Of a stretch of DNA of 64,000 nucleotides, positions 49,496-59,854 are shown one piece after another (within the stretch, counting starts at the first letter, position 1; each line of letters begins with the position of its first letter). The translations under genes were made by a program, and so were the position numbers. Under the pieces are notes generated by a model. It made no database searches. It worked only from the letters and a program-made list of their open reading frames with translations, and was not told where the DNA came from. Origin of the DNA: Bacteroidales bacterium (GTDB lineage Bacteria; Bacteroidota; Bacteroidia; Bacteroidales; UBA4417); contig OY762227.1 in NCBI GenBank assembly GCA_963665485.1, positions 2,864,784-2,928,783 of the forward strand, written 5' to 3'.

Positions 49496-50911
49496 CTACT
49501 GCCCGCTACCCCTTATCACGGTTAACAATGTGTAAGCCATAATTTTAATGTCCATGGCAATTGACATATTTTCGATATAAAGAATATCATATTTCAGACG
49601 CTCAATCATTTGATCCACGTTTTCGGCATATCCATATTTCACTTGTCCCCACGATGTGATACCAGGCTTAACCTTTAAAAGTAAGCGGTAGTGCGGAGCA
49701 CGCTGCGTTATCTGGTCAATAAAATACTGTCGTTCGGGTCTTGGGCCAACCAGCGACATGTCGCCTTTTAGAACCGAGAAAAACTGAGGAATCTCATCGA
49801 GTCGTGTCCGGCGCATAAATTTACCGAAAGAAGTCACCCTGGGATCATCTTTTGAGGAGAGAACAGGAGTGCCATTCTCAGCGCCGACTTCCATCGAGCG
49901 GAATTTCGGAATCATAAAAGCTTTGCCATTAATACCAATACGCTCCTGGAAATAGAAAGCAGGACCTTTGGAGGACATTTTAATTCCAATGATACAAGCC
50001 AGGTAAACGGGTGATAATATGACGATTGCAATGACCGATAGCACTATGTCTAAAAATCTTTTCAGGTTGAACTGCCAGGGAGGCATAAAGTCGAATGACA
50101 CCTGGATGAGCGGTGTCTGGAAAAGAGATGTGGTTTTCACCGTTCCCAGCACAAAATCCTGCATATCAGGAATCACTTTTATCAGCACATCAGAATCTTC
50201 TATGGTGGAGATAATCTGCTCTATGGTATTATGTTCCGATCGTTCGGTTGCAATTATAACTTCTTCAATATCCATCTTGCTGATGAGATGCCGAAGGTTG
50301 GAGAAATGACCAAGGTTAGGAATGAACTTTTCCAGTTTATAACTTGGATATTTGGCAGCGTGAACAAATCCCACGAAACTGTTGAAGGCAGCTTTAGGCT
50401 GGCTTTCTATTTCGTTAAATATGGAAACAGCATTGCCGTTACTTCCAACAATAATGGTGTTAAAGCCGATGATTCGGTTTTTAAGTTTATAAAGGTTTCG
50501 TGAGGTGAGTATGAGTCTGAAGGTTACTGTTAACAGGAAATGCAGGAGAAACAGAGTTATAAATAAATGATAATAGCTTCTATAGCTTTGGATAACATCG
50601 TCGAGTATGAGTGCGAAAAAAATAATTATGACTCCAATAATTGAAATAAGCAGGGTTTGCCCTAATTCGCGCATTCGCGCTTTACGATAAACCTTGTGGT
50701 AAGCACCAGATAAGGCATACAAAAAAAGCCAGAAAACCGGTATGGCTATTATTCCGATATAAAATTTCCGGTCATTGAGTACAAACTGCAATGAATCGTT
50801 CATCTCCTGCAATTCAGCTGATTTGCGTAGGAAGAAAAAAATACTCCATGCTAAAGAAGCCGAAAAAAGATCGGCAATCACAAATTTAGCAGTTTGTACT
50901 TTTTTGTTCAT
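49496..50911 (-). CDS. Polyprenyl-phosphate glycosylphosphotransferase (bacterial sugar transferase)
   Basis: N-terminal TMs; KRFLD, KFRSM, DDPRVT, LDEIPQ, MSLVGPRPE, KPGIT.W.Q. Confidence 0.93.
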   Translation of the reverse strand: MNKKVQTAKFVIADLFSASLAWSIFFFLRKSAELQEMNDSLQFVLNDRKFYIGIIAIPVFWLFLYALSGAYHKVYRKARMRELGQTLLISIIGVIIIFFALILDDVIQSYRSYYHLFITLFLLHFLLTVTFRLILTSRNLYKLKNRIIGFNTIIVGSNGNAVSIFNEIESQPKAAFNSFVGFVHAAKYPSYKLEKFIPNLGHFSNLRHLISKMDIEEVIIATERSEHNTIEQIISTIEDSDVLIKVIPDMQDFVLGTVKTTSLFQTPLIQVSFDFMPPWQFNLKRFLDIVLSVIAIVILSPVYLACIIGIKMSSKGPAFYFQERIGINGKAFMIPKFRSMEVGAENGTPVLSSKDDPRVTSFGKFMRRTRLDEIPQFFSVLKGDMSLVGPRPERQYFIDQITQRAPHYRLLLKVKPGITSWGQVKYGYAENVDQMIERLKYDILYIENMSIAMDIKIMAYTLLTVIRGSGQ

Positions 50912-51108
50912 TACAAATTAAATAACCGTCGGATATGTATGTACTTCAAATGGAAACAAAGAAGATTTAGCAGTGTATTTTTATGAAATTTCCGGCAATT
51001 CTACCTGTCCAAATTGAGACTGTTCAAACCGGACAAAGGTTTAAGGAAAAATTGTCGGCCGGAGATTTGAAGTGAGCTGAAAAGTTTCTCAGATTAATTT
51101 CCTTTTTT

Positions 51109-52110
51109 TCAATCCGGATCAGGATTGAATTTATTTAAACCATATTCTACCTTTTCGAGTATCTGGTGAGCTACTTTCAATGCCAGGTATCCATCGTTAA
51201 TAGTAACGTCAGGGGTAGTATTTCCAATTATTGCATGGGCAAAACTCGACAACTCGGATTGAATGGCATTGGTGTGCTTAATTTCAGGTCTTTCAAAATG
51301 GATCTGCTTAGCTTCTTTGCCATTTCCGGGATCCCAGATAGGAATAAAAGGATTTGTGTTCTCTTTATCAATATTTTTCAAAAAAGTTACTTCTGCTTTT
51401 TTATTCAGAAAATCAACAGCGATGTACGCATCACGTTTAAAAAACCTTGCTTTGCGCATGGGATTTAATGATATGCGGCTGGCTGTAAGATTGGCAACAC
51501 ATCCATTATCAAATTCAAGGCGGGCGTTTACAATATCCGGTGTATCAGTCATTACAGCAACACCGCTGGCGCTTATTTTCTTGAGGTTGGCACGAACCGT
51601 ATGTAAAACAATGTCGATATCATGAATCATCAGATCCAGGATAACCGGTACATCGGTACCACGAGGGTTGAAATTAGCCAGCCTATGCACTTCAATAAAC
51701 ATCGGGTTATCGATAAAAGGTGCCGCTGCAATAAATGCCGGGTTATACCTTTCAACATGTCCAACCTGGACTTTAACATTTGCCTCACCGGCTATTTCAA
51801 TCAGCTTCAACGCTTCTTCGGGTGAGGCTACAATTGGTTTTTCAATAAATACGTGCCTGAATTGTTTTAACGCATGAGCAGCATGTTCAAAATGGGCAAT
51901 TGTAGGAGTTACAATATCTATTACATCCACTTCTTTTATCAATGCGTCGATTGAGCCGAAATTCCTGATCCCGAATTCCTTTGACACTGCTTTGGCATTT
52001 GACTCATCATTATCAAAGAAACCAATTAGTTCATATTCAGGAATTTCGTTAATACATTTAATGTGAATTTTACCCAGATGGCCCGCGCCAATAACTCCAA
52101 TTTTAAGCAT
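51109..52110 (-). CDS. Gfo/Idh/MocA family oxidoreductase
   Basis: GAGHLG, EKP, GHVERYNPA, DLMIHDID; start at ATG 52110. Confidence 0.92.
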   Translation of the reverse strand: MLKIGVIGAGHLGKIHIKCINEIPEYELIGFFDNDESNAKAVSKEFGIRNFGSIDALIKEVDVIDIVTPTIAHFEHAAHALKQFRHVFIEKPIVASPEEALKLIEIAGEANVKVQVGHVERYNPAFIAAAPFIDNPMFIEVHRLANFNPRGTDVPVILDLMIHDIDIVLHTVRANLKKISASGVAVMTDTPDIVNARLEFDNGCVANLTASRISLNPMRKARFFKRDAYIAVDFLNKKAEVTFLKNIDKENTNPFIPIWDPGNGKEAKQIHFERPEIKHTNAIQSELSSFAHAIIGNTTPDVTINDGYLALKVAHQILEKVEYGLNKFNPDPD

Positions 52111-52453
52111 AATTAAATATTTTGTGCAAAAGTAGAGAAAAGCCACCCGGAAATAATAGTAATTTTTATCAGTATCTGAAAAAAATGAAAAATTAATTAT
52201 TCTTAGGTTTTCGAAAAGGCAGTTAAATGCAAGTTTCAGACGAATTTTAGCTTTTTTATTTAAGTATTTCAATGGAAAAATAAAGTTCAAATATTTCTCA
52301 CACTTATTCTGTCAATTTGGTTCTGTATGTTTCCAATTTCTTACTTTTGCCTCATGTAAAACTCTTTTGGGGAATATCTTCCTTACTTTTATACAGTCAC
52401 GAAAATTGGCTATTCTCCCGATACTATTTATCCACCAAATTAATTCTGAATTA

Positions 52454-53542
52454 ATGAAAAATACAGCGTTTACACAAATTCATGAGGCTTTAGGCGCAAA
52501 AATGCTTCCTTTTGCAGGTTACAATATGCCGATTCAATTTTCGGGCATTAATGATGAGCATGAAACTGTGCGCACCAAACTCGGCGTTTTTGATGTTTCA
52601 CATATGGGCGAAATTTGGGTGAAAGGACCGAATGCTTTGGCTTTTATCCAGTACGTAACTACCAATGATGCATCAGTACTTACTGATGGTAAAGTTCAGT
52701 ACTCATGTCTGCCAAACGGTAAAGGTGGAATTGTAGATGATTTACTTGTATATCGGGTTGATGCCGAAACATACCTGCTGGTGGTAAATGCATCGAATAT
52801 GCAGAAGGATTGGGAATGGATGCTGAGCCAGAATAAGGTTGGCGCGATTCTGTATAATGCCTCCGACGAAATAGCTCAGCTTGCCGTACAGGGACCACTT
52901 GCGTTGAAAGCTATGCAAAAGCTTACAACCACCAATGTTACCGATATGGAATACTATACTTTCAAAAAACTCGATTTTGCCGGTGTAAAGGACGTGATTT
53001 TTGCTACAACGGGTTATACCGGTTCAGGCGGTTGCGAAATTTATATGGCAAATGAAGACGCAGTTAAGATTTATGAAGCTGTAATGGAAGCCGGTGCTGA
53101 ATATGGAATAAAACCTATAGGGCTGGCTGCCCGCGATACCTTGCGCCTCGAAATGGGTTTCTGCTTATATGGCAATGATATTGATGATACTACTTCCCCG
53201 ATTGAAGCAGGCTTAGGTTGGATTACCAAGTTTACTGATTCCAAGGATTTTATAAACAAAGACATTTTCCTGAAACAAAAAACGGAAGGAATATCGCGTC
53301 GCCTGGTTGGATTTGAACTGATTGATAAAGGCGTTCCCCGCCATGGATACGATGTAATTGACGCTGCCGGCGCTAAAATTGGTATTGTAACCAGCGGAAC
53401 TATGGGCCCATCGGTTAAAAAAGGAATTGGAATGGCATATGTATCAATTGCTTACGCGAAATCAGGTAGCGAAATATTTATCAGTATACGTGACAAAGCG
53501 ATTAGAGCACAGGTTGTTAAGATGCCTTTTTATAAAGGGTAG
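52454..53542 (+). CDS. gcvT: Glycine cleavage system aminomethyltransferase T
   Basis: [30 protein letters not shown]; start at ATG 52454. Confidence 0.97.
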   Translation: MKNTAFTQIHEALGAKMLPFAGYNMPIQFSGINDEHETVRTKLGVFDVSHMGEIWVKGPNALAFIQYVTTNDASVLTDGKVQYSCLPNGKGGIVDDLLVYRVDAETYLLVVNASNMQKDWEWMLSQNKVGAILYNASDEIAQLAVQGPLALKAMQKLTTTNVTDMEYYTFKKLDFAGVKDVIFATTGYTGSGGCEIYMANEDAVKIYEAVMEAGAEYGIKPIGLAARDTLRLEMGFCLYGNDIDDTTSPIEAGLGWITKFTDSKDFINKDIFLKQKTEGISRRLVGFELIDKGVPRHGYDVIDAAGAKIGIVTSGTMGPSVKKGIGMAYVSIAYAKSGSEIFISIRDKAIRAQVVKMPFYKG

Positions 53543-53670
53543 TGAATAGAAAATAGTGAGTGGTGAATAGAAAATAGTTTAAGTCGTTTATTCAAAATTT
53601 AAAATACAATTGCTTGTAAAAGCCGAATTCTGAATAACCATTAACTATTTTCTATTAACCATTAACCATA
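53540..53670. repeat. Pair of inverted 7-mer arrays
   Basis: TAGTGAA TAGAAAA TAGTGAG TGGTGAA TAGAAAA ... TAACCAT TAACTAT TTTCTAT TAACCAT TAACCAT. Confidence 0.7.
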
Positions 53671-53688
53671 AACTTTTTATTTTATGAA

Positions 53689-54402
53689 ATGAACAGTATA
53701 GAAGTTTGTTTATCACCCGCATTATATAAATATAAAACTACTACTGACAATTTCATTGTTGTGATTATTGATGTATTACGCGCAACTACTGCCTTTTGCG
53801 CGGCATTCGACAGCGGTGTAAGTGCCGTTATCCCGGTTTCGGGACTCGAAGAATTACTTGTATACAAAAACAAAGGTTATCTCACAGCCGCTGAGCGTGA
53901 TGGGAATAAAGTTGATTTTGCCGACTTTGGAAATTCACCAACTGTATTTTTAGAAAGTGACCTAAACGGGAAAGAGCTGGCCTATTCAACCACTAACGGA
54001 ACACAGGCAGTTGAAATGGCAAAAAGCTCCGGTAATATTGCTGTGGCTGCATTTGTAAATCTCAAAGCTGGGAGCGGATGGCTTATTGAACAGCAAAAGA
54101 ATATTGTGATCCTATGCTCGGGATGGAAGAACACCTTTAGCCTCGAAGATACACTTTGCGCTGGTGCTCTTGTCGAAATCCTGGAACAGTCAGGTAAGTT
54201 TAACCCGATTTGTGATGCTTCGGGAATGGCCCTTTCGTTATGGCAATCTTCAAAAAATGATTTACAGGAAGTGGTAAAAAAAGCCAGTCATTATCAACGT
54301 CTGGTTAAGCTGGGTCAACTTGTTGATTTGCAACACTGTTTCCAGCTTAATACCTCTATGGCAGTTCCTGTTTGGAATGGAAAAGCATTCCTGAACCGGT
54401 AA
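53689..54402 (+). CDS. comB: 2-phosphosulfolactate phosphatase family
   Basis: IDVLRATT, AERDG, FGNSP, TTNGT, EDTLCAG. Confidence 0.9.
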   Translation: MNSIEVCLSPALYKYKTTTDNFIVVIIDVLRATTAFCAAFDSGVSAVIPVSGLEELLVYKNKGYLTAAERDGNKVDFADFGNSPTVFLESDLNGKELAYSTTNGTQAVEMAKSSGNIAVAAFVNLKAGSGWLIEQQKNIVILCSGWKNTFSLEDTLCAGALVEILEQSGKFNPICDASGMALSLWQSSKNDLQEVVKKASHYQRLVKLGQLVDLQHCFQLNTSMAVPVWNGKAFLNR

Positions 54403-54660
54403 TTTTTTTAGTAAGTTGAGCTATAATTAATGTTTTGTATATGGATTTCGAAAAACTAAAGTTTGTTTTCTGCTTTTATTAAAATGAGATGGTTAATTCA
54501 ATACTGAATTATTCGATAGGAATAAAGTTGTATGAATCCATCAATGCAAACCTACAAATAAGAATCAAAATCATCCCGTTTAGTATACTTCAACTACCTT
54601 TGACGTGCCAATTAAATTTCACATTCCGTGAAATCAGCTTAATTAATTATTGCTATTCTT

Positions 54661-56682
54661 ATGAGTATTGTTCAGTTTTCCTCTGCCACCAAAAACGAAA
54701 AGCCCAAATCTGAAGGCCCTTCAGATTTTAAATTCCTGGTTGAGCAGTTTGCCGACCTTAAAATTATGCGTTACCAGGTTCCTGGATTTGAGGAACTTAC
54801 TCTTGAACAGAAGGAACTTGTTTATTATCTGAGTCAGGCAGCGCTTTGCGGTCGCGATATAATTTTTGATCAGAACGGGAAATACAACCTGGCTATCCGC
54901 CGCACCTTGGAAAATATATACCTTTCCTACAATGGGAGTAGGGACGGTTCCGGTTGGCTGGCATTCGAGGTGTATCTCAAAAGGATTTGGTTCTCAAATG
55001 GCATTCATCATCATTATGCTTCTGAGAAGTTTTTGCCTGGCATAAGCATTGCATATTTTAATGAGTTGGTCCAAAATAGCGACCAGGCGAAGTTTCCGCT
55101 TAAGGATGGACAAGCTGTTGGTCAATTGGTTACAGAACTTATTCCAGTGATGTTCGATCCCGAAATTATGCCTAAAAAAGTGAATCTTGATGCTGATGCT
55201 GACCTTGTGCTTACATCGGCGGTTAATTTTTATGAAGGAGTCAATGAATCGGAAGTTGAAGCTTTTTATAAAAACCTGGAACAAACTGATCCTGAGCATC
55301 CGCTCTCGTTTGGCCTCAACTCAACCCTGGTTAAAGAGAATGGTAAAATAGTTGAAAAAACATGGAAGATTGGAGGTGGTTACTCTGAAGCAATTGAAAA
55401 AATAGTATTCTGGCTCGAAAAGGCAGTTGCTGTTGCGGAGAACCCTGAACAGAAAGCTACCCTGGCAAAACTGGTTGAGTATTATAATACCGGTAACTTG
55501 AAAACCTGGGACGAATACAATGTACTATGGGTCAAAGATTTGAAAAGTGATATTGATGTTGTGAATGGATTTATCGAAAGCTACGAGGATCCGCTTGGCC
55601 GCAAGGCTACATGGGAATCCGTGGTTAATTTTAAAGATAAAGAAGGTACAAAACGGGCCGAGATTATAAGCGGTAACGCGCAGTGGTTTGAGGATAACTC
55701 GCCGGTTGACATCCGGTTCAAGAAGTTACAGGTAAAAGGTGTTACAGCGAAAGTTATTACAGTAGCTCAGCTCGCAGGTGATTGCTACCCGTCGACACCT
55801 ATCGGCATAAACCTGCCGAATGCGGACTGGATCAGGAAGGAACATGGTTCTAAATCTGTAACCATCGATAATATTACATATGCTTATGACCAGGCCGCAT
55901 TGGGAAATGGAATGCTCGAAGAGTTCGTTCTTACGGAAGAAGAACGGGAACTTTCGAAAAAATATGGTTCCCTGGCAGGAAATGTACATACTGATTTGCA
56001 CGAATGCCTTGGCCATGGTTCGGGGCAATTGCTGCCAGTTACCAGCAGTGAAGCGCTACGCAATTACCAGAGCACGCTCGAAGAAGCCCGCGCCGACCTT
56101 TTTGCTTTATATTATATAATGGATCCGAAAATGGTTGAACTCAAAGTTCTGCCTTCGGAAGATGCCGCCAAAGCCGAATACAATTCGTATATCTGCAATG
56201 GCTTGCTGACCCAGCTAACCCGTATTGAAGCTGGCAAAAACATAGAGGAATCACATATGCGCAACCGCCAGCTGATCGCGGCATGGTGTTTTGAGCAGGG
56301 AGCTGCCTCCAATGTAATTGAATTTGTAAAACAGGAAAGTAAGACCTACGTAAAGATTAACGATTACGCTAAGCTTCGTGAATTTTTTGGCAAACTTTTA
56401 GCTGAAATTCAACGGATTAAATCGGAAGGTGATTATAATGCGGGAAAAGCCCTGGTTGAAACCTACGGTGTAAAAATTGACCTGGTTTTGCACGAAGAAG
56501 TACTTGCCAGGTTTAAGAAACTGAATGTGGCGCCATACGGCGGATTCTTGAATCCCGTTTTCACTATGGTTCAGGAAAATGGGAAAATCACTAACGTAAA
56601 GGTTGAATATCCTGATGATTTTACCCTGCAGATGTTGGATTATTCAGCTAATTATTCCTTTCTCCCAACCTGGAAATATTGA
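54661..56682 (+). CDS. Dipeptidyl peptidase III (family M49)
   Basis: HECLGHG and EEARAD motifs; GINLPN. Confidence 0.93.
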   Translation: MSIVQFSSATKNEKPKSEGPSDFKFLVEQFADLKIMRYQVPGFEELTLEQKELVYYLSQAALCGRDIIFDQNGKYNLAIRRTLENIYLSYNGSRDGSGWLAFEVYLKRIWFSNGIHHHYASEKFLPGISIAYFNELVQNSDQAKFPLKDGQAVGQLVTELIPVMFDPEIMPKKVNLDADADLVLTSAVNFYEGVNESEVEAFYKNLEQTDPEHPLSFGLNSTLVKENGKIVEKTWKIGGGYSEAIEKIVFWLEKAVAVAENPEQKATLAKLVEYYNTGNLKTWDEYNVLWVKDLKSDIDVVNGFIESYEDPLGRKATWESVVNFKDKEGTKRAEIISGNAQWFEDNSPVDIRFKKLQVKGVTAKVITVAQLAGDCYPSTPIGINLPNADWIRKEHGSKSVTIDNITYAYDQAALGNGMLEEFVLTEEERELSKKYGSLAGNVHTDLHECLGHGSGQLLPVTSSEALRNYQSTLEEARADLFALYYIMDPKMVELKVLPSEDAAKAEYNSYICNGLLTQLTRIEAGKNIEESHMRNRQLIAAWCFEQGAASNVIEFVKQESKTYVKINDYAKLREFFGKLLAEIQRIKSEGDYNAGKALVETYGVKIDLVLHEEVLARFKKLNVAPYGGFLNPVFTMVQENGKITNVKVEYPDDFTLQMLDYSANYSFLPTWKY

Positions 56683-56984
56683 TACTTTAATGAAATTTTA
56701 AGTGATGATCAGGTTATGGCGAAACCTGTTTATTCACTTTCTGTCATTTCTGAGCTTTTTAATTTTAGTTCAAAACAACATAATAATCCTGCCGGTTCGA
56801 CAGGATTATATTTTTTTTTCGATGCTGGAAATGAGAAGAATTTTATTTCTGAAAACAATAATGAAATGGTCAGGAATGTAATTAAACGTTTAAATTGAAT
56901 TAATTAGACCACATCTATCCCTAAGTTTGTTTTCTTTGCACTCCATTACAAACTTTTAAAGTAAGACAGCAGTAGCAATAAAAA

Positions 56985-58241
56985 ATGACAGAAAACTTAT
57001 ATACACGGAATAGCGCTTATGCGGTATGGCATCTGAAGGACTTTCGTAAATTTATTACCGGACGTTTTTTTCTCACATTTGCTATCCAGATGCAGAGTGT
57101 AATAGTGGGCTGGCAGGTTTACGGTCTTACTCACGACGCGTTTTCGCTTGGATTGATCGGGCTTTCAGAAGCAATACCTTTCCTGGTTGTAGCCTTATTT
57201 GCGGGTCATGTTGCTGACATGGTGAACAGGAAATCCATCATTGTACTTACCGCCACTGTTTATGTGATATCCGCCATGGTATTGCTGTATATGAGTTATA
57301 TTATGCCAGAATTGTATAAAACAGCAGGAGTGTTACCCTTATACTTTATAATTGCATTTACAGGGCTGGCACGAGCTTTCTTTTATCCCGCCCAAACCGC
57401 GTATATGGCTCAGATTGTTCCTCGTAACCTATACGCCAATTCTTCAACATGGAACAGTACAATCTGGCATATTGCCGCTGTTTCCGGTCCGGCTGCCGGG
57501 GGATTGATTTTTGGTTTTTGGGGTATACATGCAGCATTTATGTGTGTGGTATTCTTTTCGGCATTTAGCCTGATATTTTTTTATACCACGATTTCGGTTC
57601 CAATTCCTGCCCGAATTGCCAAAGAAGGAATATTTACCAGCCTGGTTACAGGGATAAAATTTGTCTTTAATCACCAGGTCCTGCTGGGAGCACTGGCTCT
57701 TGATATGTTTGGAGTTTTGTTTGGTGGCGCTGTTGCGTTGCTTCCGGTTTTTGCATCCGAGATTTTGCATACAGGTCCGCAGGGATTGGGCTTTCTGCGT
57801 GCAGCTCCCGCATTAGGAGCTATTTTAATGGCACTATTCCTTGCCTATCACCCGCCGGTACATCGCTCTGGTAAAAAAATGCTCTTGGCAGTAGGTGGGT
57901 TTGGAACCTGCATCATATTGTTTGCTTTGTCAGGAAATATTTGGTTGTCGATTGGTTTACTTGCGCTTAGCGGGATGTTCGACAATGTAAGTGTGATTAT
58001 CCGCTCTACTATTCTACAAATGTATACTCCCGATGAAATGAGGGGCCGTGTTGCTTCGGTAAACAGCATTTTTGTAGGCTCTTCGAACGAACTTGGTTCT
58101 TTCGAATCCGGATTGGCAGCAAGATTATTGGGACTAGTACCATCGGTAGTTTTCGGAGGTGGCATGACAGTCATGATTGTTTTGGCAACTGCCGGTTTTG
58201 CGCCTAAACTGAGGAAGATGGAGATTAAGGGAATGAAGTAG
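56985..58241 (+). CDS. MFS transporter (EntS/MFS_3-like)
   Basis: AGHVAD..NRK, LDMFGVLFGGA.ALLP, PDEMRGRV. Confidence 0.9.
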   Translation: MTENLYTRNSAYAVWHLKDFRKFITGRFFLTFAIQMQSVIVGWQVYGLTHDAFSLGLIGLSEAIPFLVVALFAGHVADMVNRKSIIVLTATVYVISAMVLLYMSYIMPELYKTAGVLPLYFIIAFTGLARAFFYPAQTAYMAQIVPRNLYANSSTWNSTIWHIAAVSGPAAGGLIFGFWGIHAAFMCVVFFSAFSLIFFYTTISVPIPARIAKEGIFTSLVTGIKFVFNHQVLLGALALDMFGVLFGGAVALLPVFASEILHTGPQGLGFLRAAPALGAILMALFLAYHPPVHRSGKKMLLAVGGFGTCIILFALSGNIWLSIGLLALSGMFDNVSVIIRSTILQMYTPDEMRGRVASVNSIFVGSSNELGSFESGLAARLLGLVPSVVFGGGMTVMIVLATAGFAPKLRKMEIKGMK

Positions 58242-58243
58242 GA

Positions 58244-58339
58244 GTGAGGATGTGAGGATGTGAGGATGTGATGATTTGATGATGAGAGGATGAGAGGATG
58301 AGAAGATGAGAAGATGAGAAGATGAGAAGATGAGAAGAA
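58244..58339. repeat. Drifting 8-bp tandem array, 12 units
   Basis: GTGAGGAT x3, GTGATGAT, TTGATGAT, GAGAGGAT x2, GAGAAGAT x4, GAGAAGAA. Confidence 0.92.
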
Positions 58340-58508
58340 TGTACTTTTAATTAAGAGACACGGCAATAGAAGAAGATGTTACAAAGAGGAATCTAAAGCT
58401 GTAAACAACCAGTATTCAAAACAGAAAACAGAAAATTAGCGGAATCTTCCTTCATCAGTTTGATAGGTTTATGGAAGTCTTCACATGAATGAAAATTTAA
58501 AGATCGGG

Positions 58509-59363
58509 CTAATTATATCGTTTTCCCAGGTGGAAACTCAGGTAACCGGTTATAAAAAAATAGTTTGCTTTTTTAAACGCCATTATAGGTACAGGATTCG
58601 GAAATACATCAACGGTTGCTCCTATTTCCACCGCTTTTATCCTGTCATTTGCCGCACTAAATTCAAAATTAAAACCTCCTTTGAAATACAAGCCAGGGTA
58701 GAGCTTAATTTTATTAAAGCCACTCAACATTGGCCCACGGCCATAAATATTACACAATGTGGTTGAATTTGTACCTATATCCGGAAAATGTTTTTCAGGA
58801 TCGTAACGTTCAAGTTTAGTCTGATCAAGTATTATGACACCAGGATTAATAGAATCAGTGATCCAGTAAGCGATATATAAATAGTTCGGTTTTGCTAATC
58901 CTAAATCAATACCTCCATAATAAAATGCCCTCAATTCAACTCCTCCCCAATAGGGTTTACGGTTCATTAAGTGTTGTTGCCCGACACCTGCCCGGATGAT
59001 ATAGAGGTTATTAAGTTTGCCATAAAAATAGCTTCGTGTGTTTGGCAAATTTGTATTCCAACTACGTGCCTGGGTCGGAGATCGCATTTCGAGCAGATCA
59101 AATTCGAACATGCGGTTCTTGTAATACGTTTTGTTGGTGCCGAAACGTAACCCAAGTCCGTAACCTAGGGTGTGCAACATAATATTTGCTGATTTCTCCC
59201 GAAGTAAGAGAATGCCCATATCCACAGTATCAGCTTCAGCAACATCCTGAGCCTTGACTATTGACGGTAAAATTATTGTAAGTAAGGAAACGGTAATTAC
59301 CAGTAGTAACCGCATAAGCTTTGCCTTTGATCTAATAACAACTAAGCTACGGTTTGGTTTCAT
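58509..59363 (-). CDS. Hypothetical outer-membrane protein
   Basis: Signal-like N-terminus; beta-strand pattern; terminal LSFHLGKRYN. Confidence 0.7.
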   Translation of the reverse strand: MKPNRSLVVIRSKAKLMRLLLVITVSLLTIILPSIVKAQDVAEADTVDMGILLLREKSANIMLHTLGYGLGLRFGTNKTYYKNRMFEFDLLEMRSPTQARSWNTNLPNTRSYFYGKLNNLYIIRAGVGQQHLMNRKPYWGGVELRAFYYGGIDLGLAKPNYLYIAYWITDSINPGVIILDQTKLERYDPEKHFPDIGTNSTTLCNIYGRGPMLSGFNKIKLYPGLYFKGGFNFEFSAANDRIKAVEIGATVDVFPNPVPIMAFKKANYFFITGYLSFHLGKRYN

Positions 59364-59400
59364 TTAAAAGATGAACTAATTATGCCAAAAACCGGATAAG

Positions 59401-59526
59401 TTATTTAGTTTCAACACGATAATCTTTGTATTCTCCATAGGCAGCACATTTTTCCGATGAGCCACAGGACGAAAGCAATATCGTAAGAATTACTATTGTT
59501 GCCAGAAATGCTGCTATTTTCTTCAT
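59401..59526 (-). CDS. Small (41 aa) lipoprotein, not in the ORF track
   Basis: MKKIAAFLATIVILTILLSSCGSSEKCAAYGEYKDYRVETK*; lipobox LSSC; TACTTTTG box at 59571-59578. Confidence 0.78.
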   Translation of the reverse strand: MKKIAAFLATIVILTILLSSCGSSEKCAAYGEYKDYRVETK

Positions 59527-59854
59527 ATTATACAGGTAGTGATTTCTATTTGCTTAAATTTTTCTATTTACAAAAGTATTCACAATTTGCTTAAGTATAA
59601 CATACTAAATTGATATTTATTGTATTTCCCTGCTCGTTAACGCTTAAAAAACCTCATCACACTTGTATTACAATTCTCTATGTTCAACGCTACAAAGCGT
59701 TTCATGCTGTGTTCCAAAATGATTTGTAATGAAAATTGTTTTTTAAAATACACATTGTTTGGTATTTACACCAAAATCAGGACGCGTTTCAGGTTTAAAA
59801 AGTTTTACACCTGGAATTTAATCTTCTTCGCTACTCATAATTTTAAGCCCTTAG

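Noticed and set aside
52350-52453. Glycine riboswitch upstream of gcvT
   Set aside because: No GGAGA/CCGAAG/CTCTCAGG aptamer motifs are visible.
56716-56898. 60-aa ORF between DPP III and the MFS gene
   Set aside because: It overlaps a terminator-like hairpin with T-tract and has no motif; probably non-coding.
57848-58366. 172-aa minus-strand ORF with SSSH repeats
   Set aside because: It is a by-product of the 8-mer array and the antisense strand of the MFS gene.
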